Shown one piece after another: positions 21,354 through 32,004 of a DNA stretch of 64,000 bases. Every line of letters begins with the position of its first letter. Position 1 is the stretch's first letter. The stretch is from contig CAVYSY010000039.1 of the NCBI GenBank assembly GCA_963771175.1, positions 384,001-448,000 on the forward strand. Direction: 5' to 3'. The notes under the pieces are model-generated. The model saw nothing but the letters and a program-made list of their open reading frames with translations. It searched no databases and had not been told where the DNA came from. Both the position numbers and the translations under genes were made by a program. Origin of the DNA: an uncultured delta proteobacterium. Its GTDB lineage: Bacteria; Myxococcota; Myxococcia; Myxococcales; Myxococcaceae.

Positions 21354-24077
21354 ATGTCCAGGGCCCTTCTTTCCGTTGTGTTGTTGGCAGTGCTCTCCGC
21401 CTGCCCGCCTACCTCCACGACGCCGTGCGACACGGACGCCGAGTGTCCCGGAGGCCGCTGCCGCTACGGCGGATGCGGCCCGGTGTGCCTGGATGACGCC
21501 GAGTGTGGCGGAGGTCAGGTGTGCACCGGAGGTGCCTGCGCTCCCCGCCCCGAGTGCACACGGGCCACCGACTGCGCCGAGGGCTTCGCCTGCACGGAGG
21601 GCCGCTGCCTGTGCGGCTCGGACTCGGCCTGTGCCTCCAACCAGGTGTGCCGCGAGGGCCGCTGTGTGACGGCCTCCGCGTGCACCTCGGCGGCCGACTG
21701 TCCGGCCGGCCAGCGCTGCGAGCCGCTCCAGGGCGTGTGCCAGGTGCCCTGCACCCAGGCCTCGGACTGCGCCCCCGGGGTGGATCCGCGAGTGGCCTCC
21801 CTCCTCTACGTCTGCCGGGCGGGCGACTGTCTGCGGCAGTGCCTGAATGATCAACTGTGCGGCGCGGGCTTCATCTGCGAGGCCGGCACGTGCGCCCGCT
21901 CTGGCTGCGTCACGAAGGCGGATTGCCCCTCGGGCCAGTACTGCACCAGCGCCACCGCGGGCCGCTGCCTCGAGTTCCAGACCTGTGCCTCCAACGCCGA
22001 GTGCGGCCCCAACACCGAGTGCCGCGCCTTCGCATCCGGTGCATGCCCCCCGGGCTTCGACTGCGCGACGAAGATCTGCCAGGAGTTGCCGCGCTGCCTC
22101 GTGGACACGGAGTGCTCCGCCACCGCGTACTGCCGGGACTCGCACTGCCAGCCCACGACCGCGTGCTCCGAGGGGACGGCCTGCCCCTCGGGCCTCACCT
22201 GCGTGGCGAACCGGTGCGTGCCCGGCGGCTGCCGGGGTCACGCGGACTGCGCTCCGGGCGAGGCCTGCACGGACGGCGCCTGCCGCCCCGCGCCCTCGGC
22301 GAACCAAATCGTCTCCATCGCCCTCAGCCCCAAGACGACCACGCTCGTGGTGGGCGGGACGGTGCAGCTCTCGCTGGTGGCCTACACGCTGGACGGTTCC
22401 AGCTTCCCCCTGGCGCAGGGCACCTTCTCGGCGGTGGATACGAGCGGCGCTCCCAGCAGCGCGGTGACGGTGTCGTCCTCGGGCCTGGTGACGGCCATGG
22501 CCGCCGGGACGGTGCGCGTGCAGGCACGGCCCACGGGCGCGGCCGTCTCCCCCCAGGAGACCTCTCTCCTCGTGCTGCCCGCGCTGGAGACCGGACGGCG
22601 GCTCACCGTGATGGACACGACCACCCGGCGCCCGCTCGCGGGCGTGGAGGTGCTCGGCTGTGACGCGCCTCCCGCCACGGGCCCCTGCCCCACCCCCGTC
22701 ACGGTGACGACGGACGCGAGCGGCGTGGCCCTCTTCCCCGACTTCGCCGGAGCCACCGCCAGCTTCTCCGCCGCCTCGCCCGAGCTGCGAGCGGACGGGC
22801 TGCCCCGCTACGACCGCGTCTCCGTGGCCACCACGACCGCTCGTGACGTGCTGCTGCCGCTCTCGGAGAACCCCGTCCACGGCGCCGCTGGCTTCAACGC
22901 CGGCATCAGCTTCAACGAGGTCCACTCCTCCGGCGAGCTCTGGCTCGGGTTCTCCGTGCTGTCCGCTGGAGATCCGACGGCGGTGGATCTCACCAACCTC
23001 TTCGGGGAGACCTTCCTCATCTCCATCCCCGGCCTCCCCCAGCGCGTCCCCGCTCCCGGCGCCCTGGTGGGCTATGCGTCCCTCGGGCTCGCGGGGAACT
23101 CGGAGCTCAAGGCGCGCTCGTACGGGCTGGGACAGGCGGGACGCCGCACCGCGGTGGCCTTCGCCGGCAAGCTACCGCTCGCGCAGGCCACGAGCCTCCG
23201 CCCCGCGGACCTGCTCGCCTACAGCGGCGCGATGGACTACTCGCTCCAGGCCTTCACCTCCATCACCCACCTGCCCTACGCGCCGGACACCACGGACCTC
23301 GACGGGGACGGCCTGTGCACGGACACCGCGCGCTGCCAGGGCAGCGAGGACCTGCCGGACTACAGCCGCTTCACCGGCATCTCCCACCGCCCCCGCCGCG
23401 AGCAGCTCCGCCGCACGGAGGTGGTGCTCCCCAACCTGCCCTCCGGGCTCGACACGGCCGTGGTCGCCGCCGTGGAGCTGTCTCCCGAGGCGGGGCTCGT
23501 GCCCATGGGGCTCGCCTCGCGCACGGGTGGGACGGCGCAGCCGGACGGGACGCGGCCCGTGCAGCCGGTGGTGCTGCGCAGTGGCGCGCCGTACGGAGGC
23601 GCCGAGGTGGGGACTCCCGGGCTCTGGGCGCTCGCCACCGCCGCCAACTCGGGGGCGTCCGTCAGCGGGCACATCGTCCGGGGCGCCACCCTCCCCACCC
23701 GCGTCTCCGTCCCCGCCTTCCTGCCCCTCCCCACCGCCTCCTACACGTCCGGGAGCCGCACCTTCACGCCGTCCCCGACGAGCTGGAGCGAGCTGGCCGG
23801 GGCGGGCGCGGGGCTCGTCCGGGTGACGCTCACCGGGGCCCAGGGGCGGCACGTGGTGTTCTTCGCACTGGACGCGAGTGGGGGGGCAATCCGGGTGCCG
23901 GACGCTCCCGCGGGGGCCGATGCGGATCCCGCCGGACTGACCGGGGCCTCCCTGGAGGTGGCGGCCCTCAAGCTGGCCGAGGGGCTGTCCGCCGAGGGGG
24001 CGCTGGATACGCCCGGGGTGAACCTGCTGCAACTGCCCGTGGTGCTGGACGCCTACTCTCGCTCGCGACCCCCGTGA
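21354..24077 (+). CDS. Cysteine-rich repeat lipoprotein with an Ig-like (Big_2-type) domain
   Basis: Lipobox VLSAC, many CxxDxxCxxGxxCxxGxC units, SIALSPKTTTLVVGGTVQL...VSSSGLVTA, and a DLDGDG Ca-binding-like loop. Confidence 0.8.
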   Translation: MSRALLSVVLLAVLSACPPTSTTPCDTDAECPGGRCRYGGCGPVCLDDAECGGGQVCTGGACAPRPECTRATDCAEGFACTEGRCLCGSDSACASNQVCREGRCVTASACTSAADCPAGQRCEPLQGVCQVPCTQASDCAPGVDPRVASLLYVCRAGDCLRQCLNDQLCGAGFICEAGTCARSGCVTKADCPSGQYCTSATAGRCLEFQTCASNAECGPNTECRAFASGACPPGFDCATKICQELPRCLVDTECSATAYCRDSHCQPTTACSEGTACPSGLTCVANRCVPGGCRGHADCAPGEACTDGACRPAPSANQIVSIALSPKTTTLVVGGTVQLSLVAYTLDGSSFPLAQGTFSAVDTSGAPSSAVTVSSSGLVTAMAAGTVRVQARPTGAAVSPQETSLLVLPALETGRRLTVMDTTTRRPLAGVEVLGCDAPPATGPCPTPVTVTTDASGVALFPDFAGATASFSAASPELRADGLPRYDRVSVATTTARDVLLPLSENPVHGAAGFNAGISFNEVHSSGELWLGFSVLSAGDPTAVDLTNLFGETFLISIPGLPQRVPAPGALVGYASLGLAGNSELKARSYGLGQAGRRTAVAFAGKLPLAQATSLRPADLLAYSGAMDYSLQAFTSITHLPYAPDTTDLDGDGLCTDTARCQGSEDLPDYSRFTGISHRPRREQLRRTEVVLPNLPSGLDTAVVAAVELSPEAGLVPMGLASRTGGTAQPDGTRPVQPVVLRSGAPYGGAEVGTPGLWALATAANSGASVSGHIVRGATLPTRVSVPAFLPLPTASYTSGSRTFTPSPTSWSELAGAGAGLVRVTLTGAQGRHVVFFALDASGGAIRVPDAPAGADADPAGLTGASLEVAALKLAEGLSAEGALDTPGVNLLQLPVVLDAYSRSRPP

Positions 24078-24161
24078 ACTTGAACTAACCTCTCGGGTCC
24101 AGGGTTATGGAATGATGGCCATTCCCTCGCCACGAGCCCTCTTTCTTCGGAGTCCACGCGG

Positions 24162-25685
24162 ATGCACAAGGATCCCATCATCGGCATCGACCTCGGCACG
24201 ACCAACTCGTGCGCGGCGATCGTCGAGGACGGCGGGAACGTGAAGCTCATCCCCTACAAGGGCGGCGAGTACACCATCCCGTCCATCTTCGCGATCGACG
24301 ACAAGGGCAACGAGCTGATCGGCTACGAGGCCAAGCGCCAGTGGCAGCTCAACCCGAAGAACACCATCTACGGCGCCAAGCGCCTGGTGGGACGCACCTT
24401 CCAGAGCGACGTCGTCGACGCCGATGAAGCAAGGTCGTGGCGTACAGCGATGCGCCCCGGCAAGAAGAACGACGTCGTGCTGGACGTGGGCAAGAGCGAG
24501 TTCACCCTCCAGGAGATCAGCGCGAAGATCCTCAACAAGATCCGCGACGTCGCCTCCAACCACCTGAAGACGCCCATCAAGCGCGCGGTGGTCACGGTGC
24601 CGGCCTACTTCAACGACCGGCAGCGCCAGACGGTGAAGGACGCGGGCAAGCTCATCGACCTCGAGGTGGTGCGCATCATCAACGAGCCCACCGCGGCGGC
24701 GCTGGCCTACGGCGCCGGCAAGGGCACTGCAACCAGAAGGTGCGTCGTCTACGACCTGGGCGGCGGCACCTTCGACGTGTCCATCATCGAGATCCGCGAC
24801 CGCGTCTTCGAGGTGAAGGCCACCGGCGGCGACATCTTCCTGGGCGGCATCGACTTCGACAACGCCATCATCCACCACGTCCTCAAGGACTTCGCGGTCG
24901 AAGACGGGCATCGACCTGGCCACGGATCCGGTGGCCATGCAGCGCATCAAGGACCTCGCCGAGCGCACGAAGATCGATCTCTCGGCGCGCGAGGAGGTGC
25001 CCTTCAACATCCCCTTCATCACGATGACGGCGCAGGGCCAGCCCCTGAACATCGAGATGAAGTTCACGCGCAAGATGCTGGAGCAGCTCACCAACCACCT
25101 GGTGGATCGCACGCTGCAGATGGTGGCGCGGGTGCTGGTGGACTCGGGGCTGAGCACCAAGGACATCGACGAGGTGCTGCTGGTGGGCGGGCAGACGCGC
25201 ATGCCCATCGTGCAGGACCGGCTGACGAAGTTCTTCGGCAAGGCGCCGAGCAAGGGCGTGCACCCGGACGAGGCGGTGGCGATCGGCGCGGCGCTCTACG
25301 CGCAGTCGCTGCAGGACGACACCAACCTGCGGCTGCAGCTGCTGGACGTGATTCCGATGGCCATCGGCCTGGAGAAGGCGGGCGGCGCCTTCCACACGGT
25401 GTTCCCGCGCAACGCGCCCATCCCCAACGCCAAGCAGCTGCTGGCCACCACCAGCATCGACAACAGACCGAGCTGGCCATGCGCATCTACCAGGGCGACA
25501 ACGACCAGGTGGCGAAGAACGAGCTGCTGGGCGAGTTCACCTTCTCGGGCATCCGCCCGGACGCGGGCGGGCTCGGTGCAGGTGGAGATCACCTTCGACG
25601 TGAACGTCGAAGGCATCCTCACCATGCGCGCCAGGGATCCGGCCACCGGCCGCGAGATGAAGACCACGGTGAAGGTGAGCTCTAG
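24162..25685 (+). CDS. Hsp70/DnaK-family protein lacking the C-terminal lid (several frameshifts)
   Basis: GIDLGTTNS, TVPAYFND, IINEPTAAA, DLGGGTFDVS, VGGQTRMP and linker LLDVIP; ends shortly after ITFDVNVEGIL. Confidence 0.85.
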   Translation: MHKDPIIGIDLGTTNSCAAIVEDGGNVKLIPYKGGEYTIPSIFAIDDKGNELIGYEAKRQWQLNPKNTIYGAKRLVGRTFQSDVVDADEARSWRTAMRPGKKNDVVLDVGKSEFTLQEISAKILNKIRDVASNHLKTPIKRAVVTVPAYFNDRQRQTVKDAGKLIDLEVVRIINEPTAAALAYGAGKGTATRRCVVYDLGGGTFDVSIIEIRDRVFEVKATGGDIFLGGIDFDNAIIHHVLKDFAVEDGHRPGHGSGGHAAHQGPRRAHEDRSLGARGGALQHPLHHDDGAGPAPEHRDEVHAQDAGAAHQPPGGSHAADGGAGAGGLGAEHQGHRRGAAGGRADAHAHRAGPADEVLRQGAEQGRAPGRGGGDRRGALRAVAAGRHQPAAAAAGRDSDGHRPGEGGRRLPHGVPAQRAHPQRQAAAGHHQHRQQTELAMRIYQGDNDQVAKNELLGEFTFSGIRPDAGGLGAGGDHLRRERRRHPHHARQGSGHRPRDEDHGEGEL

Positions 25686-25686
25686 G

Positions 25687-26469
25687 TCAGTGCTCGTGCT
25701 TGCAGCGGCCGAGGAAACGGACCAACTCCGTGTGGAACCACTGCGGCGAGTCCAGCATCGGCCAGTGACTCGCGTGCGGCAGCACGGAGTGGGTCAGCGA
25801 GGGTCGCTGGGCCACCAGCGTCTCCGGGCCGGTGGCGGTCACCAGCGCGTGGGTGGGCCCCGTGAAGCGCTCGAAGGCCTCGTCCGGGTCGTAGACGAAG
25901 AGCGACTCCATGTTTCCGGCGATGGCCTCCCGCCGCGAGGTGCGCAGCGTCTTCATCACCAGCGCGCGCGTCTTCTCCTTCGACTCCAGGAGCAGCGGCG
26001 TGAGCCAGTGCTCGTGGAAGCCGCCATACTTCGCCGCGCTGAAGTTCTCGATCCAGGCGTCCGCGTCCGCCTTCGCCACGCGGCGCAGGTCTCCCACCGG
26101 CTCGACGTAGAGCAGCCCGGCGAGCCGCTCGGAGTAGTACGAGGCGAAGGCACCGGCCACCGCGGCCCCGAAGCCGTGGCCCACCAGGACGAACTTCTCG
26201 GGCAGCAGCGCGTCGGCAACGGCGGCGACATCTTCCACCGCGGCCTCCACGCCGAAGGGACCGTGGGCGCCACCGCTCTCGCCCAGCCCGCGCAGGTCGA
26301 ACGCGACGCTGCGGGTCGCGAGGCCGTGCTGCGTCTCGGCCCAGTGCGTCCGGTCAGCGGAGATTTCATGCACGAAGAGGACGGGGATACCGCCGTCGCC
26401 TTCCACTGTCGCCATCAGTCGCCCCGCGGGTCCGGGGACAGTCACCGTCTTCGGTTCCTTGTGTCTCAT
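25687..26469 (-). CDS. Alpha/beta hydrolase-fold protein
   Basis: VLFVH, FDLRGLGES, elbow VGHGFGA and C-terminal SHWPMLD. Confidence 0.8.
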   Translation of the reverse strand: MRHKEPKTVTVPGPAGRLMATVEGDGGIPVLFVHEISADRTHWAETQHGLATRSVAFDLRGLGESGGAHGPFGVEAAVEDVAAVADALLPEKFVLVGHGFGAAVAGAFASYYSERLAGLLYVEPVGDLRRVAKADADAWIENFSAAKYGGFHEHWLTPLLLESKEKTRALVMKTLRTSRREAIAGNMESLFVYDPDEAFERFTGPTHALVTATGPETLVAQRPSLTHSVLPHASHWPMLDSPQWFHTELVRFLGRCKHEH

Positions 26470-26654
26470 CGTCCTGGCTCCTGGCCCCGATAACGGGCAC
26501 TGCCCGTCGTCCCTCCGCGCCATCCGAAGCGCAGGGCCTTCTTCCAAGTCTGCCCTACTCCCTCGATAACGAGGCGCGGCCGGGGTTCGCATGCCCACTG
26601 CCGAACAGAAGAAGCACGGGGCCTCGGCCTGGAGGGCGCCCGCCAGGCCAGGGC

Positions 26655-27014
26655 CTATGCGCCTTCCTCCACGAGCAGCGCCGCGAGGAACAGCTCATAG
26701 GTCAGCTCGGCGACGGGCCTCTTCTCGCGGCGAGCCTGGGTGCGCAGCGCCTTCGGCAGCGAGCACGGCTTGCCCCGCTCGCCATCACGCATCCGCACAT
26801 AGCCCCGCTCGGAGAACCCGAGCACCTGCCACCCCCGCTCGCGGAGCGCCTGGCTGAGGTCGTCGGTGAGCTGGTGGTGGATGGCCTTGGCCATCGGCAG
26901 CAGGCCGAAGATCTCGCTCGACCAGCCGCCCTCTTCCTCGTGCCAGCCCCGCGCGCGCAGGTAGTTGGCCTTGCGGGCGAGCGAGAGTCCTCCGACGTGG
27001 CGCTCGAGCTTCAT
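26655..27014 (-). CDS. Hypothetical protein
   Basis: [24 protein letters not shown]...; host-like codon usage; lies downstream of the clpX terminator. Confidence 0.6.
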   Translation of the reverse strand: MKLERHVGGLSLARKANYLRARGWHEEEGGWSSEIFGLLPMAKAIHHQLTDDLSQALRERGWQVLGFSERGYVRMRDGERGKPCSLPKALRTQARREKRPVAELTYELFLAALLVEEGA

Positions 27015-27033
27015 CTTGAAGAATCCATATAAC

Positions 27034-27074
27034 GAGAAAGCCCCCGTTGCCTCGGTGGGCGACGGGGGCTTCTC
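27034..27074 (-). terminator. Intrinsic terminator after clpX
   Basis: Inverted repeat AGCCCCCGTTGCC...GGCGACGGGGGCT followed by a T-rich tract on the minus strand. Confidence 0.7.
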
Positions 27075-27095
27075 CACGACGGAAGAAGCTCGGGG

Positions 27096-28391
<1,296 letters not shown>

Positions 28392-28574
28392 CGACCCCGG
28401 TCGACCCGGAGCCTACTAGCCGACACCACCACACCCAACTTCGCCTGGCTGCCCACGTCTCGAACAGCCGTCCGCCAAAATATAGGCTCCGACTGAACCG
28501 GCAGGAAGCCCATCCGGAGTGTCGTCCGGTTGGCTGTGCACCTCCGGACGCGGTCAGCGTTCAGTAACACCCGA

Positions 28575-29210
28575 TCAGGCGTCGTTCACGCCCGAAGCGA
28601 GCTCCTCCACGTCCTCGGCCAGGGCGGCCGCCCGCTCGGCGATGGCAGCAGGAACCCGTCGACACCCGGCCAGCTCGATCGCGAGCTTGCGGGCCGGCTG
28701 CGCCAGCTTCCGCACCTGGAGGCTCTCCGCGGGCGGCTGCGGCGGCGGCTGCGGGAAGCGCTCGACGAACTCCTTCTTCAGCTCGGTGGCCGGCTTCTCG
28801 GGGTTCCAGATGCTGTCGCGGAGTGAACGGTACTCCTGGGGCGAGAGCTGGCCGCGCTCCTCCGCGTCCGCCAGCACCTCGACCACCTCGAAGGGCGGGG
28901 CCTTCTGGGGGAAGTCCTCCTGGGCCACCTCCTCGGCGGGCTCGTGCTTGGCCAGGAAGCTGAACGAGCGCGTGAGCTTGAGCGGCGGTCTGCTTCTTGA
29001 TGTGGAGCTCCTTGAGGCAGTAGGCCTCGAAGGAGGCGTAGCCCCACTCCTCGAACAGGCTCTCGTCGCGCACCTGGACGAGCAGCTTGCCCAGCTCGGC
29101 CCAGGTGGACTTGAAGCGCTTGGCGGCCACCAGGACGGTGTGGCGGAAGGTGCCCGGGGGGACGGACTGCGGCCTTCTTCTGCGAGGTCGGCTTCAGCAG
29201 CGGTCACCAT
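28575..29210 (-). CDS. Conserved-looking hypothetical protein (frameshifted)
   Basis: Stitched read: ...AAKRFKSTWAELGKLLVQVRDESLFEEWGYASFEAYCLKELHIKKQT / LKLTRSFSFL.... Confidence 0.6.
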   Translation of the reverse strand: MVTAAEADLAEEGRSPSPRAPSATPSWWPPSASSPPGPSWASCSSRCATRACSRSGATPPSRPTASRSSTSRSRPPLKLTRSFSFLAKHEPAEEVAQEDFPQKAPPFEVVEVLADAEERGQLSPQEYRSLRDSIWNPEKPATELKKEFVERFPQPPPQPPAESLQVRKLAQPARKLAIELAGCRRVPAAIAERAAALAEDVEELASGVNDA

Positions 29211-29264
29211 GCACCCCGTATCCACCAGGACACCCGGGGGGGCAAAAAAGCGACCTGCTGCCGC

Positions 29265-30192
29265 CTAGCCCTTCTTACCGATGTTGAAGGAGAGGTCCAC
29301 CGTGGCCCGCTCGCCCTGGTAGGGCTTGAAGGGCCACTTCTTCAGCTCGCCGAAGAGGCAGTCGTAGAGCGGGCCCTTCTTGAGCTGCGGGTGGTCCACC
29401 CAGAGCTGGGCCACCCGGCCGTCGTTGCCGATGGTGAACTCGATCGGCACCTGGGCGGAGAAGCCCGGACGGCGCTCGGCCTCCTCCTTGAAGCAGCGGT
29501 AGAGCGAGCTCTGATACTGCTTCACCACCCGGTTGATGGCCTCCTGGTCGTAGTTCGACCTCGGTGGCCAGCCCGTCCGCGTCGGCGAGCACCTTGCCCG
29601 TCGGGCGCCCAGCCGGGGGCTGCGCTCCGGCTCGGGCAGCGGCGAGGCCGAGGCCACCTTCTCCGGCTTGTCGAGCGGCGTCTCGATGGCGCTCGGGGAT
29701 CGGGGTCGGCCGCTTCGGCTCGCCCGGGTACTCGAAGAGCTCCTCCGGGACGGAGGACGTGCGCCACGGTGATGATGGGCGGCTCCACCTGGATGTCGAG
29801 CGTCTCGCCTTCGCCCCCGGCAGGTGCACCGCCGAGTAGCGCGCGCACCTGCCACGCCCCGAGCCGCGAGCCGCCGAGCACCATCGCCACCACGCCACCC
29901 GCGATGAGCCGCGGCGCTGCGTCGGGCGCGCGCGGCCCGCGCCTCGGCCTCCACGCGCGCCTTCACCTCCGCCTTGGCGACGTGCAGCTGGAAGGCGTCC
30001 AGCTCCCCCAGCTGGCGGAAGCCGCTCGCCCGGAGGCGGACACGTCCGTCTCTCCGGTCAGCTCCCCGGCGTAGAGCTTCTCCACGAACTGGTCGCCGGT
30101 CACGGGACCGAGGACCAGGTCGCCCTGGCGGTAGAGCCAGCTGGCCGTCGAGCTGCGCCCCGTTCGGTCTGGAGGTCTTGTCCGGCCGACAT
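29265..30192 (-). CDS. GYF_2-like N-terminus, TM segment and AgmX/PglI (TonB_C-like) C-terminal domain protein (frameshifted)
   Basis: N-terminal WLYRQGDLVLGPV; C-terminal INRVVKQ...LYRCFKEE...EFTIGNDGRV...CL...WPFKP. Confidence 0.7.
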
Positions 30193-30257
30193 TGGCGTGG
30201 AAGTATCCTCGGCCGCACGGCCGCTGCAACGCCCCTCGACCATCCATCATACGACCC

Positions 30258-31110
30258 GTGAAGCGAACCCCCGCCGCCCTGTGGATCTGGTACCGCGGTG
30301 ACCGACTTCCGCGGCTTCCAGCGCCAGCCGGAGGGACACACCGTCCAGGAGGCCCTCGAGGCCGCCCTGAAGAAGGCCGGCGTCCCCTCCTCCATCATGC
30401 CCACCGGGCGCACCGACCGGGGCGTCCACGCGCGCATGCAGGTGGTGAGCGTCCGGCTGCCTCCGGGCGACACCGCGGAGACGCTCGTCCGAGCGGCTCC
30501 CGCCGCACCTGCCGCCGGATCTCGGCCTGTGCGTGGCCCGCCGCCCCGCCCCAGCGCTTCCACGCCCAGTGGAGCGCCGCGCGGCAAGGAGTACCGCTAC
30601 CGGCTGCAGCTCGGGGGCCCCGCGTCCGCGGCCTGGCTGCCGTACGTGCATGGAGCCCCGCAGGAGCCCCGGCTGGAGGGTCGCGTCCTGAAGCCCGAGC
30701 GCGTCGCGGAGCTGCTCGGCGCCGCCGTGGGCCGCGCGACTTCCTCGCCTTCCACGAGCACTCCAGCCCGCGCAAGCCGCGCACGCTGGAGTCCGCCACG
30801 CTGCATGCGCTGGGCGGCGGTCTCTTCGAGGCCCGGCTGCGCGGAGATGGCTTCGCGCGCTACCAGGTGCGCTACCTCGTGGGCTCGGCGCTGCTCGCCG
30901 CCGCCGGGGCCCTGTCCGAGGAGCACTGGCGCGCCGCGCTCGAGTCGGGCACCACCATCCCCGGCCTCAAGGCCCCCGCGACAGGGGCTCGTGCTCTGGG
31001 AGGTGCGCTACCCGGCCGAGCTGGATCCCTTCCCGCCCGAGGAGCGGGCCCGCGCCCCGGGACTGCCCCAGGCGCCACCGTTCGTCCTCCCGACGGGACG
31101 GACTCGAGGC
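30258..31110 (+). CDS. truA: tRNA pseudouridine(38-40) synthase TruA (several frameshifts; end approximate)
   Basis: FRGFQRQ, TVQEALE, GRTDRGVHA, KEYRY, GFARYQVRYLVG and GLVLWEVRY motifs. Confidence 0.78.
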
Positions 31111-31113
31111 CGG

Positions 31114-31278
31114 CCAGTCGACGAGCCGGTCCTCGTACTTCGCCAGCAGGTCCGAGATCGCCTCCCGGAGGTACTCGCTCTGACGGATGCGCGTGGAGCG
31201 CGACAGCTCCTTCAGCGCGTCCAGCTTCTCGCGGTGGAGCCGGAAGACCACCGAGGTGAGGCGGGGATTCATGTCCAT
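31114..31278 (-). CDS. Small ribbon-helix-helix DNA-binding protein (stop probably miscalled; assembled ORF runs on to 30967)
   Basis: GGAGG RBS, then MDMNPRLTSVVFRLHREKLDALKELSRSTRIRQSEYLREAISDLLAKYEDRLVD, a beta-alpha-alpha RHH pattern. Confidence 0.8.
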
Positions 31279-31345
31279 GTGCGTTGTCCTCCTACAGGTG
31301 CGCACACCGTCTCACGGAAGCGTCGAATCGCAAGAAAATCACTCC

Positions 31346-31413
31346 ACCTGTTGGATCACCCGGGGATCATCCGAGGATCACCGGCGGATCAGCCGGGGAT
31401 CAGCGGCGGATCA
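31346..31413. repeat. Phased array of six GGATCA hexamers with an exact 11-bp period
   Basis: GGATCA starts at 31353, 31364, 31375, 31386, 31397 and 31408; the first copy is part of ACCTGTTGGATCA. Confidence 0.9.
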
Positions 31414-31909
31414 CAGGCTCCAGCGCAGGCCGGCGCACAGCTCTACGTCCAATCGGAGTCCGGATCCAAATCCCAGCCCGCCGCCGAGCCCTCCATAGAG
31501 GGTGAAGGCCTCGGTGAGCGAGCGCCGCACACCCAGACCTACCCGAGGCCCCGCCCACAGCTCCGGCCGCAGGTGCACCGCGGCGCCCAGATCGGCGTAG
31601 GTCTGCCACTCGTCCTCTCCGAAGACGCTCCGGAAGCCCCCATGCACCGCGAGGCTGAAGCCCGGTGCGCCCGTTCCGACCCGAGCCAGGAGGAAGAGCT
31701 CGTTCTCCTCGTAGCCCACGGGCACGCTGCCCCCGAGCTCCAGGTGTCCCGCGAAGCCCTGCTGCAGCTCGCTCGGAACCGATGAGCTCCGTGTACGTCG
31801 CCACCGGACCCACCAGCAGCGAGGGGGCCCGGCGTGGAGTGCCATCCCACTCTCTCGCCAGGGCGAGCGAGGGCAACGTCGCGATCAGGAGCGACAGCGG
31901 AAGGCGCAT
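31411..31909 (-). CDS. Small secreted outer-membrane beta-barrel-like protein (frameshift near 31775)
   Basis: Signal peptide MRLPLSLLIATLPSLALA, alternating Gly/hydrophobic strands, C-terminal AGLRWSL. Confidence 0.6.
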
Positions 31910-31956
31910 GGAGAACCCCTGGGGGGCGAGAGACCCCCTCCCCGCCGGAAGACGGC

Positions 31957-32004
31957 GGATCAGCAGAGGATCAGCACACGACCTGTTGGATCAGAAGAGG
32001 ATCA
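31957..32004. repeat. Second GGATCA array (two 11-bp-spaced pairs)
   Basis: GGATCA at 31957, 31968, 31988 and 31999; ACCTGTTGGATCA recurs at 31981-31993. Confidence 0.85.

Noticed and set aside
31346..32004. GGATCA arrays as CRISPR or oriC
   Set aside because: 6-bp repeats with 5-bp spacers are far too short for CRISPR and there are no cas genes. I saw no DnaA boxes, AT-rich unwinding element or dnaA/dnaN context.
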